Positions 16,426 to 25,364 of a stretch of 28,768 nucleotides of DNA are shown here, piece after piece (positions within the stretch are counted from its first letter, which is position 1; each line of letters starts with the position of its first letter). The translations under genes were made by a program, and so were the position numbers. Location: NCBI GenBank assembly GCA_029935695.1, contig JAOZJV010000001.1, forward strand, positions 1 to 28,768, read 5' to 3'. This stretch comes from Candidatus Krumholzibacteriia bacterium. Its GTDB lineage: Bacteria > Krumholzibacteriota > Krumholzibacteriia > LZORAL124-64-63. Under the pieces are notes generated by a model. That model saw nothing but the letters and a program-made list of their open reading frames with translations, did no database searches and had not been told where the DNA came from.

Positions 16426-19400
16426 TCACTTCACCAAAGCCATTTTCTGAACCCGGACCTCGCCCCCGGCCCGTACTTCATAGAAATAAACTCCTGATGA
16501 AACCTCGCCGCCCTGGCCGTTGGTGCCATTCCACATCACCTGTCCTGCCCCCGCGTCATGTTGCTCATCCAGCAGGGTTTTGACCAGATTGCCGCGCATA
16601 TCGAAGACTTTGATGCTCAGACGACCATCCCTTGGCATCATAAATTCGATGGTCGTATTGGGGTTGAAGGGGTTCGGATGATTCACGGCCTGCAGCGTCT
16701 CCAACCCGGGAGTGTCAGCAATAATATAAGGGATTTCCTGCCCAAAATTATCCAACACCTGGCGCAGCAGATACGAGCGCGCCGACATGCCAAAACTGTT
16801 GCCTTCGCTGCCAGGGTCAGTTCTCACAAATTCGAAAGCGAATGGCAGTGAGATGACTGTGCCCTGGTTCTGGCACAAGGTGGCAGCCGAATAGTTGTAG
16901 TCCGGGTTGCCCTGAGGGTTGGTGAATGAAGCCAGCCGTTGGGCTCCTTCCAAAGGCACCACCGCGTCAAAGCTTTTAAAACCAGGACAGCCACCATAGG
17001 CCAACCAGGAATTGTCCGCTTCAAACACCGGGTTGCCGTCATCAACTCGCACAACGGATGACGACTGATTATGAATCATTGGCCGGATGTTGGAGTTCAG
17101 CACCTGCAAACCAAATGTCTCCGCCAACACCTGTTGGGTGAAAGCTGAAGTCAGGTTGAGCTGGGACAGGAAGTTATCTCCGGTAGCAAAAAGATGCTTG
17201 TCCTCCATTTGCAGCCATTGGGAGATCAACCAGGCATCGGCCTCGGTCATGACTTCGCTGTAATATGAACCGCTGCTGTAAAGGATGATGGAATACCCGG
17301 CCAATTGGGCGGGAGTTGCTCTCTGGCCCAGTCCATTACCCAGGGCGCTCCATGGAGCAGAAGTATCATAAACATCGCAGTTCTCGCCGACTGTCAGATC
17401 ATTATTCCGCAGGGCTGAATACCAGGCGGCCCGGCCATCTTTGCCCCCGTCATTCCAGAACAGAACCGAAGCACTTTGAACCAGGTCGTCACCCTCTTGC
17501 ACCACCGACGGCAAGGCGCGCACGGTGAACAGTGGATCGTAGGCCATGGGGCTGTCCATGCGGCTGAAACCGCTGGTGTCCGCGGGCATGGTGGTTGTTT
17601 GATACTCGCCCAGATAATCGTCGGTGCCGGAGATGAAATAGTGCAGGATATCCCCTGGAAAAAGAAAACCGGTGTCTGGTAAATCGAAGGCAAAGCGGTC
17701 GGGAATCAGCTCGCCTTCTTCGTTGCGAACCTGCCATCCTTCGGTGGCTCCCACATTGGGCAAACCACTGGTGCGGTAGGGGTCGAAAGCAGGGTTGGCT
17801 TTCAGGCGGTAATTCAAGAGCGGCTGTCCGTACAGCACCGAATCTTCACGCAGCAGTGTGACGTTGGCCACGATGGAGTCGCCGGCCTGCGTGAGATACT
17901 GACCGCCGATTTCCACACCGGTGGCCATGTCGAAACGCACACTGTTGGATGCAGGGTTTTCCAGATCAAGCTGACCGCTGGCTGGCAGGGCATCCTGAGC
18001 CATATGTTCCGGGTGCGCTCCAATGGCAGGACCATAAATCTCATAAGCGCTCAATCGCACATTGTCGTAATAGGGTGCCGGAGTTCCGTTGAAACCACAC
18101 CAGCCCCAGGAATGGCCAATTTCAATCAACCCCAAAGAAACCTGGACATATTTGGCGCCGGTTACGACCAAAGGCGAAATGTCCATTCTCTGCCGGGAGT
18201 ACCCGTGACCGTAATATAAATAACCAAGGTTATCCCACGGTGCGTTTTCAATATCCCCGGGATTTTCGGACGTGGTGGAGCGCACATTCCACAATCTGAA
18301 AATTCCTGGTTCATCCCAATCCAGACTCATATGGGAATAGACATCGTATTCCAGGTAATATCCATTGGTTCCCAGGGACGAAACATCAATCACCGGAGAG
18401 AGCACCAGATTATCCAGATGGTGTGCCATCCCCAGCAAACCACCGGTGTTGTTGACAATGAACCCAAAGGGGCCATAACACCAATCGAGGCACATGGTGC
18501 CGCCGGTGCCGGGAACAACCTGTCCATCATCAATGAAAGCGACCTGGGAAGACGAGTTTTGCTGGCAGGTATCAATGTCATCCAGGTTCATCCAGAGTTT
18601 GGAAAAATCTCCCACACCCTGCACAATGCCATGCTGCCAATCACCCATGGTTCCGTCTTCAAAATCAGAAAAGGAATTGATGTCGCCGTTGTCCATCTGA
18701 ACGCGAATGTCATCCACCTGGCAGGCACCAGACCCGGCATAATAACAGTCTTCATCGGACCAACCGCCGTCCGATTGCACAATAAACTGCAGACGCACCT
18801 GATCGCCTGCGGGGCCGAAGTAATCATTGGGTTGATAGGTCACCGATTCCTGCAGATGATAGTTGGTGGCCTGGCCATCAGTCTGGAACAGATAAACAAA
18901 ATCTCCGCCGGAAAAATCGGCACGCAGATAAACATAGTCATAGCCATCTTCCACATCGTAATTCAACCAGGCATCAACTGTTACCTGGCAAGGCTGCCCA
19001 GGGTCAGCCACAGTTCCCTGCCATTCGATGATTTCATGGTAGTTGTTGCCGTATCCACCCTCCACATCGGGCGAATCACAGGCTGGATACTGCAGGCTGC
19101 CGCACCAAACAGCGTTGTTGCCTGCTCCATGGCCATTCAAACCCTCTGCGTGATAAGTGGCAACATGCCAGGCATTGCCTTCGGGAACTGTCTGGTCCAG
19201 GCCGGTCCAGCCATTCCAGTCGGTGGATCCAGACGGAGTTTCGAATTGGCCATTGTGCCAGGCTCCTGAACCGTGAGGCCCTATGAGCAGGACCGTATCG
19301 ACGACAGTTTTGGCATGATCGGCAGGCCCGCCTGTGATGTGGTTTTCGGTATTTGAAAATTTCCATTGGGGTGTGGCGGAAAACGCCAGGGCAGGCAGTG

Positions 19401-19437
19401 CCAGAAGTAAGATGAGAGCCAGGTGTAAAATTTTCAT
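16426..19437 (-). CDS. Large secreted multidomain protein with FlgD-Ig/Por-type C-terminal domain
   Basis: Signal peptide MKILHLALILLLALPALA. Two jelly-roll-like segments (GQFETP..WNGW; SFSDFEDG.MGDW). Alpha/beta segment (VLFWNDGG, YSIILYSSG, HLFATGDN). C-terminus HPNPFNPNTTIEF...SGVYFYEV...KMALVK. Confidence 0.8.
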   Translation of the reverse strand: MKILHLALILLLALPALAFSATPQWKFSNTENHITGGPADHAKTVVDTVLLIGPHGSGAWHNGQFETPSGSTDWNGWTGLDQTVPEGNAWHVATYHAEGLNGHGAGNNAVWCGSLQYPACDSPDVEGGYGNNYHEIIEWQGTVADPGQPCQVTVDAWLNYDVEDGYDYVYLRADFSGGDFVYLFQTDGQATNYHLQESVTYQPNDYFGPAGDQVRLQFIVQSDGGWSDEDCYYAGSGACQVDDIRVQMDNGDINSFSDFEDGTMGDWQHGIVQGVGDFSKLWMNLDDIDTCQQNSSSQVAFIDDGQVVPGTGGTMCLDWCYGPFGFIVNNTGGLLGMAHHLDNLVLSPVIDVSSLGTNGYYLEYDVYSHMSLDWDEPGIFRLWNVRSTTSENPGDIENAPWDNLGYLYYGHGYSRQRMDISPLVVTGAKYVQVSLGLIEIGHSWGWCGFNGTPAPYYDNVRLSAYEIYGPAIGAHPEHMAQDALPASGQLDLENPASNSVRFDMATGVEIGGQYLTQAGDSIVANVTLLREDSVLYGQPLLNYRLKANPAFDPYRTSGLPNVGATEGWQVRNEEGELIPDRFAFDLPDTGFLFPGDILHYFISGTDDYLGEYQTTTMPADTSGFSRMDSPMAYDPLFTVRALPSVVQEGDDLVQSASVLFWNDGGKDGRAAWYSALRNNDLTVGENCDVYDTSAPWSALGNGLGQRATPAQLAGYSIILYSSGSYYSEVMTEADAWLISQWLQMEDKHLFATGDNFLSQLNLTSAFTQQVLAETFGLQVLNSNIRPMIHNQSSSVVRVDDGNPVFEADNSWLAYGGCPGFKSFDAVVPLEGAQRLASFTNPQGNPDYNYSAATLCQNQGTVISLPFAFEFVRTDPGSEGNSFGMSARSYLLRQVLDNFGQEIPYIIADTPGLETLQAVNHPNPFNPNTTIEFMMPRDGRLSIKVFDMRGNLVKTLLDEQHDAGAGQVMWNGTNGQGGEVSSGVYFYEVRAGGEVRVQKMALVK

Positions 19438-19528
19438 TGTTTCCCCCCAGGGTATTGAGAACTCGGTATGACTGTGGTCTTATTACTTTGGACACGCGTC
19501 TTCTGTTTTTTAAAAATCTTTTTGAACT

Positions 19529-20290
19529 TTATGTTGTTGGGCTGAGTCGCTGGCGTGAAAAAAGACTCAGACCCAATAATAAAACCCCGCTGACGATAAA
19601 CAGCAGCATCCACAAGGGAGCTTTTAGCATGCGGTCCTGAACCATCTGGGCCCAGTTGCCTGTATTGAAGCACACACTGATACGGCCGGGAGCAACCAGA
19701 TCGGCAGGCACCGTAGCCAGGACAGCGCGTAAAGTTTGCGGGTCTTCGTTCAGAGGGGGAAGCTGGATTTGGGTGTTTGAGGTGGTACCAACCCAATTAA
19801 AATCACTGGCCACATCCGAAAGGGTGATCCGATAGCTGGTGGCGCCATCGACAGGTTGCCAGGTGAGCAATGTGTTTTCGGCGATCACCATTTCGCCTTC
19901 TACGGGCCGGATGAAATGCGGGTCGTCATGAGCACCGCGCAGATGAACAAAATCACCTGAGGGAGCCGGAGGCAGAAGCATTAAAAGAGCAAGGCAGGCT
20001 GCGATGAGGGCGGATCCAGCGGAAGCCTGAACAGATGAACGCTGCCACCAAATTCGTTTGGAGGCTGGAGGCAACACCAATGCTCCAGCTTGCAGACCTT
20101 GCTCCAAACGAGTGTTGAGCGCTTGATCAAGACGGCAGGCATCGCACAGTTGCAGGTGGGCCTGTAATTGTTGTGAGCGCTCTTCGGTGGTTTCATCCAC
20201 TTCGAGCTCCCACAGACAGTTGCCCATTGCCGGGTCAATGCATTCCCAGCTGCTATTGACTTCAGTTTTTGAATCCCTACTGTAATTCAT
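19529..20290 (-). CDS. Membrane anti-sigma factor (ZAS, HxxxCxxC) with extracytoplasmic Ig/Fn3-like domain and second C-terminal TM
   Basis: AHLQLCDAC motif; TM ALIAACLALLMLL; PVEGE..LTWQPVDGATSYRITL; C-terminal TM WMLLFIVSGVLLLGLSLF then SRQR. Overlaps the sigma stop by 14 nt. Confidence 0.78.
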   Translation of the reverse strand: MNYSRDSKTEVNSSWECIDPAMGNCLWELEVDETTEERSQQLQAHLQLCDACRLDQALNTRLEQGLQAGALVLPPASKRIWWQRSSVQASAGSALIAACLALLMLLPPAPSGDFVHLRGAHDDPHFIRPVEGEMVIAENTLLTWQPVDGATSYRITLSDVASDFNWVGTTSNTQIQLPPLNEDPQTLRAVLATVPADLVAPGRISVCFNTGNWAQMVQDRMLKAPLWMLLFIVSGVLLLGLSLFSRQRLSPTT

Positions 20291-20933
20291 TATCTACCTC
20301 GTCGCTTTGGCGCCCTCTGGAGGTTCTCTTGAGCTTCCCATGTGCAGGACTCCCGAATCCCGCCTTTTCAAAAATCTTTTTTATTCTGCCCAAACACTGG
20401 TTCCGGCGGTAATACACAGCCTGAACTGTTTTCAGGCCCAATTGCCGGCTCAAATCCTCCATGCTGCGATGTTGCAGGTAGATGCCCCGCAACAGGTTTG
20501 CGCACACCTCATCGAGATGTTCAAGGGCAACTCTCAGCCCCTCCATTATTTCATCATCCAGCAGAAGATCCAAAGGGCTGGCATTGGATGATTCATACAG
20601 GTTTTCCACCTTATCCAGATTGGTGGTGGGCCGGTATTTCCGCCATCGATAAAGATTGCGGCAGCGGTTGCGGATGATGGTGGAGGCAAAAGACTGGGGA
20701 TTTTGGGGAAGAGCCCCTCCCTGGCGCAAATAGGCCAGCAAGGCGATCAAAGCATCCTGGACCAGATCTTCACATTCCAGATCGCCCGGGCCCAGAAAAC
20801 CTTCGGCCACCTTGCGCAATTCGGGTTGCAAGTGCGAGCAGAGGGCTTCTCCTGCATCATCCTGCCCGCTTTGGTAGCGGGACATAAGATTATGCAGCCT
20901 GGAGGTATCAGGAGTTTGAGTCTGTTCGGGCAT
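20277..20933 (-). CDS. ECF-family RNA polymerase sigma-70 factor
   Basis: Region 2 EDLVQDALIALL...FASTIIRNRCRNLYRW; region 4 LEHLDEVCANLLRGIYLQHRSMEDLSRQLG...VYYRRNQCLGRIKK. Confidence 0.88.
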   Translation of the reverse strand: MPEQTQTPDTSRLHNLMSRYQSGQDDAGEALCSHLQPELRKVAEGFLGPGDLECEDLVQDALIALLAYLRQGGALPQNPQSFASTIIRNRCRNLYRWRKYRPTTNLDKVENLYESSNASPLDLLLDDEIMEGLRVALEHLDEVCANLLRGIYLQHRSMEDLSRQLGLKTVQAVYYRRNQCLGRIKKIFEKAGFGSPAHGKLKRTSRGRQSDEVDNELQ

Positions 20934-20978
20934 GACTATTCCATGGAGTGCTTGTGGATCCCTTTGAACGAGGGCATA

Positions 20979-21008
20979 AGTATACAGTGCGAGCTAACCC
21001 TAAAGCAA
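20979..21008 (-). promoter_or_regulatory. Candidate sigma70 promoter for the ECF sigma gene
   Basis: Minus strand TTGCTT-N18-TATACT, about 45 nt upstream of ATG 20933. Confidence 0.4.
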
Positions 21009-21761
21009 CAGGCCATGGGTTTTGAGCCGGAATCGGGCCACGCCTTTGCGGCCTGGCATGGGTTTGTAGAGAACATCCTTCAGAGAATTTTCCACCTGTT
21101 CGGCGGTGGCACCCCGCATGGTAAATGCCGCCACATGCACGGTGGGCAGGAAGGGTGCTCCTGCACCAAGGTCTCCGGCGGGCTTCAACTCAATGGTGGT
21201 GTCGAATGTGGATTCCAGTTTGTTTTTTACATTCAGATATTTATCGTGATAAAGGCCGGCGGCGAGATCGCAGGGGAGAAAGAAACGGATCGCCTCAGGA
21301 TCGGGAAGCAGCTCGGTGGAAAATAATTCCACGGCATCTTCGAGCAGGTTTTTGAGGGACGAGGCTTGTTGTGGGATGGGCGGAGCATCTTCGGCATCAT
21401 CCAGGATTTTGAGATCGCCATGCCACAGCAAAGTGTACAAGCGGCCCTGGGTGGTGGTGATGGTTTCTGAATTGTTCTTCTTTAAATTCTGCAGTTCGAA
21501 GATGACTTCTGAATTCCAATTGTCGGCGAAAGCTGAGTCGTCCTGGCCTGGGGTTTTGCTCATTACGCCTTTTGAGGGAGATAATATTTGGATGGCTTGG
21601 ATGGAGGATTTTCGGGCTTTAGACCAGGGAAGTTTATATGCCTCTTTTTGATTGTATAAGGTATCGCCCTGTTCGAAGCGGCAGGTGCTGATGGGGTCGG
21701 CAAAGGCTTTGGGGATAGCCCAGGTGAAGTTTGGAAAGAAGTTTGTTTTTGATGAGGCCAT
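21000..21761 (-). CDS. Hypothetical cytoplasmic protein (253 aa) directly downstream of mazE-like
   Basis: Long ORF with AAGGGA RBS, fills the gap between flanking genes; no signal peptide or TM; no family recognised. Confidence 0.7.
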   Translation of the reverse strand: MASSKTNFFPNFTWAIPKAFADPISTCRFEQGDTLYNQKEAYKLPWSKARKSSIQAIQILSPSKGVMSKTPGQDDSAFADNWNSEVIFELQNLKKNNSETITTTQGRLYTLLWHGDLKILDDAEDAPPIPQQASSLKNLLEDAVELFSTELLPDPEAIRFFLPCDLAAGLYHDKYLNVKNKLESTFDTTIELKPAGDLGAGAPFLPTVHVAAFTMRGATAEQVENSLKDVLYKPMPGRKGVARFRLKTHGLLL

Positions 21762-21798
21762 GGTTTTCCCTTGAATAATTTTTCACCCTATGAGGGCG

Positions 21799-22041
21799 CT
21801 ACCAATTTTCACCACCAACTGGATCACCTGAATCGATTTTCCGATGGATGTTTTTTTCTGTAATTCCAATGAGCAAGTCTTCAAGGTTGTTGGACTTTGA
21901 GGGAATAACCCTGATGACCAGATGGCCATTTTCAAGATTTAAACCAACTTCTGTCCCTTCGGAAACCTGAATTTTCTCAGCCAGAGCTTTGGGAATTATT
22001 ATTCCCAAGCTGTTGCCCCATTTTACAACTTTTGTACGCAT
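21799..22041 (-). CDS. mazE: AbrB/MazE/SpoVT-family antitoxin
   Basis: MRTKVVKWGNSLGIIIPKALAEKIQVSEGTEVGLNLENGHLVI, and MazE-like tail LEDLLIGITEKNIH..IDSGDPVGGENW. Confidence 0.88.
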   Translation of the reverse strand: MRTKVVKWGNSLGIIIPKALAEKIQVSEGTEVGLNLENGHLVIRVIPSKSNNLEDLLIGITEKNIHRKIDSGDPVGGENW

Positions 22042-22089
22042 ATTGACTCCCTTACTTGATGCTAAGAATATACTAAGCGAGGGATCTAT

Positions 22090-22512
22090 TCAAACCGTCA
22101 AAAGAATAATCCCCCCAATAGTCATCACCATGCCGGCAATGGTCTTGATGGTTACCGGCTCTCCCCCCAGAGTCATTGCAAGGGCCGCACCAAATAATGG
22201 TGAGGTGAAAGCTATGGGCATCACCTTGGAAAGTGGCGCGCCTTTCAGAGCAGTGTAAAAACACAACATTCCGATGGACCCGGCCACCACTCCGCCACCA
22301 ATAATCATGTAGGCAAGAGCCTTGGGCGAGGCCTGCGTAACCATCTTCCATTGGGGAGCACTGACAAATCCAAGGATTATCAAAGCCACGGCCGTGCGGA
22401 TGGTGATTCCCAATTGAGGAGGCAGATTTCCCAGGTGCAGTCCCTTTTTTTCAAAGTAGCCACCAAAGCCCCAGGCGGCGGCAGTCAGCAGAGCGAAGAG
22501 TTGGGGTTTCAA
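22090..22512 (-). CDS. Single-domain EamA/DMT-family membrane transporter
   Basis: [61 protein letters not shown] start after GGAGG. Confidence 0.85.
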   Translation of the reverse strand: MKPQLFALLTAAAWGFGGYFEKKGLHLGNLPPQLGITIRTAVALIILGFVSAPQWKMVTQASPKALAYMIIGGGVVAGSIGMLCFYTALKGAPLSKVMPIAFTSPLFGAALAMTLGGEPVTIKTIAGMVMTIGGIILLTV

Positions 22513-22664
22513 AAGTCATCCTCCGGGTCAGGGTGCGCGAGTGTTATGCAGGAAATTTAAGACCCGACAGCCAGTCAGGAAAGCAGTATCCGGCACACTG
22601 GTTGCTGTTCCGGGTGGTATGCCTTACCCTGGTCCGAACCCAACCTTGCAGGAAATGGAAAAAC

Positions 22665-24497
22665 ATGACCCCTCGTGCATTGGAAATCCTCAACAATGTC
22701 TTTGGCTATGGCACCTTTCGTGGCAGCCAGGAAGCCATCATTAAACATCTTATCGGTGGTGGACATTCCCTGGTTTTGATGCCCACCGGTGGCGGCAAAA
22801 GCCTGTGTTATCAAATTCCCGCCATGGTCCGAAAAGGCACCGGGTTAGTGGTTTCACCCCTGATCGCCTTGATGCAGGACCAGGTCGGAGCCCTGCTGCA
22901 AGTGGGAGTCAAGGCGGCCTGTTTGAACTCCAGTTTGCCCCTTGAAGAAATCCGCCGTGTGGAATCTCAGCTGGTTCGTGGTGAATTGGATCTGGTTTAC
23001 CTGGCTCCTGAACGTTTACTGCAGGATGGCACTTTGGAAATGCTGGACCGGTGTGAGCTCTCTTTGATCGCTATCGACGAAGCCCATTGTATCTCCCGCT
23101 GGGGACACGATTTCCGCCCGGAGTATCTGCAGCTTGACACTTTGCGCCAGCGCTGGCCTCAGTTGCCCATGCTGGCCTGCACCGCCACGGCGGACGAGCG
23201 CACGCGAACTGAAATCGTAAACAAGCTGGATTTGGGAGATGGCCGCGTCTTCATCACCGGATTTGATCGGCCCAATATTCGTTACAGAGTCACCAGCAAA
23301 GAAAATGAAAAAAAGCAGCTGTTGGACTTTATTAAAAACGAACATCATAACGATGCAGGCATCGTCTATTGCCTCTCCCGCAAACGAACAGAACAATTCG
23401 CAAAATTCCTCAACGAAAACGGTCTCAAGGCCCTGCCCTACCACGCCGGTTTGCCTGCGTTGGTCCGCCAAAAAAATCAAAACCGGTTTCTTACTGAGGA
23501 GAGCCTCATTATCGTCGCCACTATCGCCTTCGGCATGGGCATCGACAAACCGGATGTGCGCTTTGTGGCCCACATGGATTTGCCCAAAAGCATCGAGGCC
23601 TACTATCAGGAAACAGGACGCGCCGGCCGTGATGGATTGCCTGCCAATGCCTGGATGACCTACGGCATGCAGGATGTCATCCTGCAATCGCGATTTACTG
23701 AAAACAGCGATGGCGATGAAAAGCATAAACGCAGTGAAAGACAAAAACTGGATACCATGCTCGGCTATTGCGAAACGGTAACTTGTCGAAGGCAACTTCT
23801 TCTCGAATACTTTGGCGAAAAATTATCAGAACCATGCGGAAACTGTGACACCTGTCTTGAACCTGTGGATACTTTTGACGGCACCGAAGCAGCTCAAAAA
23901 TTGCTCTCTTGTATTGTGCGCACCGGACAAAAATTTGGTGCTCTCTATGTCATCGATGTTCTGCGCGGCAGCGAGAGTGAACGCATTGGAAAGTTTGGAC
24001 ACGACCGTTTAAGCACCTACGGCATCGGCAAAGAATTTGATGCATGGCAGTGGCGCTCCATCATCCGGCAATTAGTCACTAAAGGAATTCTGGCTGTAGA
24101 TTTGGAAGGCTATGGCGGACTGCGACTCACACCCAGCGCGCGACCCATTCTGCAAGGTGAAGAAAGCCTGATGCTGCGCAAAGAGGCTGCGGCCGCCAAT
24201 CGCCCCAAAAAGGTTAAAAAGAAGAAAGCCACCGCCGCTTTGTTGCTGGAATCCGGTACTGATGCTGAGGGTGAAGCCAACCAGGCCCTCTTTGAAGATT
24301 TGCGGGAATTGCGTCGGGCTATTGCAACTGAGCAGGAAGTTCCGCCCTACGTCATCTTCCATGATAAAACTCTGGCGGCCATGGCTCTGCACCGACCTGT
24401 TGATGAAGGGGGTTTTCTGCAGATCAGCGGGGTTGGGCAGGCGAAACTGGAGCGGTACGGAGAAAAGTTTTTGGCGGTGATTCGGGAAAGCAGTTGA
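22665..24497 (+). CDS. recQ: ATP-dependent DNA helicase RecQ
   Basis: [67 protein letters not shown], Zn site CRR..CGNCDTC, RQC and one HRDC domain ([12 protein letters not shown]). ATG 22665 fits typical RecQ length. Confidence 0.96.
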   Translation: MTPRALEILNNVFGYGTFRGSQEAIIKHLIGGGHSLVLMPTGGGKSLCYQIPAMVRKGTGLVVSPLIALMQDQVGALLQVGVKAACLNSSLPLEEIRRVESQLVRGELDLVYLAPERLLQDGTLEMLDRCELSLIAIDEAHCISRWGHDFRPEYLQLDTLRQRWPQLPMLACTATADERTRTEIVNKLDLGDGRVFITGFDRPNIRYRVTSKENEKKQLLDFIKNEHHNDAGIVYCLSRKRTEQFAKFLNENGLKALPYHAGLPALVRQKNQNRFLTEESLIIVATIAFGMGIDKPDVRFVAHMDLPKSIEAYYQETGRAGRDGLPANAWMTYGMQDVILQSRFTENSDGDEKHKRSERQKLDTMLGYCETVTCRRQLLLEYFGEKLSEPCGNCDTCLEPVDTFDGTEAAQKLLSCIVRTGQKFGALYVIDVLRGSESERIGKFGHDRLSTYGIGKEFDAWQWRSIIRQLVTKGILAVDLEGYGGLRLTPSARPILQGEESLMLRKEAAAANRPKKVKKKKATAALLLESGTDAEGEANQALFEDLRELRRAIATEQEVPPYVIFHDKTLAAMALHRPVDEGGFLQISGVGQAKLERYGEKFLAVIRESS

Positions 24498-24506
24498 GAC
24501 GATCTC

Positions 24507-24932
24507 TCAACATTCTTTTTGCCGGTACTCCAGGGAGCTTACCAACAAAGCCACCGCCACCATCACATCAATAGCTCCCAGTACTCCCAGCCCAACCGCA
24601 TTACCAACCAGGATCCTCTTGAGCACAAACATCATCACCATCATGGACAGAACAAAAACAGCCAGCTGGGGAGGATAAATCTGCCACGGCCACAACTTGC
24701 CCTCGACCGCACATAACCGGGCAATGTTTACACGCAGGCGTTTGCGCATCACAAAAACAGCCTTGGATGCTCCAAGTGCCACGGCCACGGGAATGACCCA
24801 AAACAAATGCCAGATAGGCATGCCAGCATTGAAAGCCCGCAGGAACAGCCGGGCTGAGGCATAGACCAAAGAGAAACCACCCATAACCAAAAGGCTCTGG
24901 GCCAAAATCAACATCACTCGGGGAGATAGCAT
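24507..24932 (-). CDS. Small hypothetical integral membrane protein (about 4 TM)
   Basis: Four hydrophobic segments. Start moved to ATG 24932 because the ORF-track start lies inside the upstream terminator. Confidence 0.6.
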   Translation of the reverse strand: MLSPRVMLILAQSLLVMGGFSLVYASARLFLRAFNAGMPIWHLFWVIPVAVALGASKAVFVMRKRLRVNIARLCAVEGKLWPWQIYPPQLAVFVLSMMVMMFVLKRILVGNAVGLGVLGAIDVMVAVALLVSSLEYRQKEC

Positions 24933-24990
24933 CAATATTCCAAAAATCTGAAGGACAGGGTCTTTTCTACACCAGCAATAATACACCAAA

Positions 24991-25029
24991 ATGAAAACCC
25001 CGCATCCCAAAGGATACGGGGTTTTTCAT
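24991..25029 (-). terminator. Rho-independent terminator after the RRM gene
   Basis: Minus strand AAAACCCCGTATCC-TTTG-GGATGCGGGGTTTT followed by CATTTT. Confidence 0.8.
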
Positions 25030-25049
25030 TCATGTGGAATGGGACTGGC

Positions 25050-25364
25050 TTACCAGCGACCGCCACCGCCGCCGCCGCCGCCACCGTAGCCGCCGCCACC
25101 GCCGCCACCGCCGGTGCGACGAGGACGTTCCTGGGCTTCGTTCACACGCAGGGCACGGCCACCCATTTCGAAACCGTCGAGAGCCTGGATAACTTTGTCC
25201 AGAGATTCGTCGTCAACTTCGACAAAACCGAAGCCACGGGGGCGGCCAGTTTCGCGGTCGTTGATCAAGGCAACACTGTGCACGGTACCGTGCTGACCGA
25301 TGAGGTCGCGAATTTGGTCTTCAGTTGCACTGAAAGGCAGGTTGCCGAGGTAGATCTTCTTCAT
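25050..25364 (-). CDS. RRM (RNP-1) RNA-binding protein with glycine-rich tail
   Basis: RNP2 KIYLGNL, RNP1 RGFGFVEV, DRETGRPR, ALRVNEAQER, tail GGGGGGGGYGGGGGGGGGRW. Confidence 0.95.
   Translation of the reverse strand: MKKIYLGNLPFSATEDQIRDLIGQHGTVHSVALINDRETGRPRGFGFVEVDDESLDKVIQALDGFEMGGRALRVNEAQERPRRTGGGGGGGGYGGGGGGGGGRW

Noticed and set aside
18331-19269. 312-aa plus-strand ORF
   Set aside because: Antisense shadow of the 1003-aa gene.
19434-19796. 120-aa minus-strand ORF bridging the anti-sigma and the 1003-aa gene
   Set aside because: Overlaps the anti-sigma out of frame and crosses an AT-rich promoter region; no protein-like features.
21000-22085. mazE region as a mobile element
   Set aside because: mazE looks AT-richer by eye, but I found no integrase, transposase, terminal repeats or target duplication.
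22571-22586. CCAGTCAGGAAAGCAG resembles the SRP RNA CAGG...AGCAG core
   Set aside because: The GNRA-capped helix between CAGG and AGCAG is missing, so it cannot form the SRP54-binding domain.
23016-23795. 259-aa minus-strand ORF
   Set aside because: Antisense shadow of recQ.
25060-25112. GCC/ACC-rich tandem repeats
   Set aside because: Codons of the RRM glycine tail; not a CRISPR array or independent VNTR.
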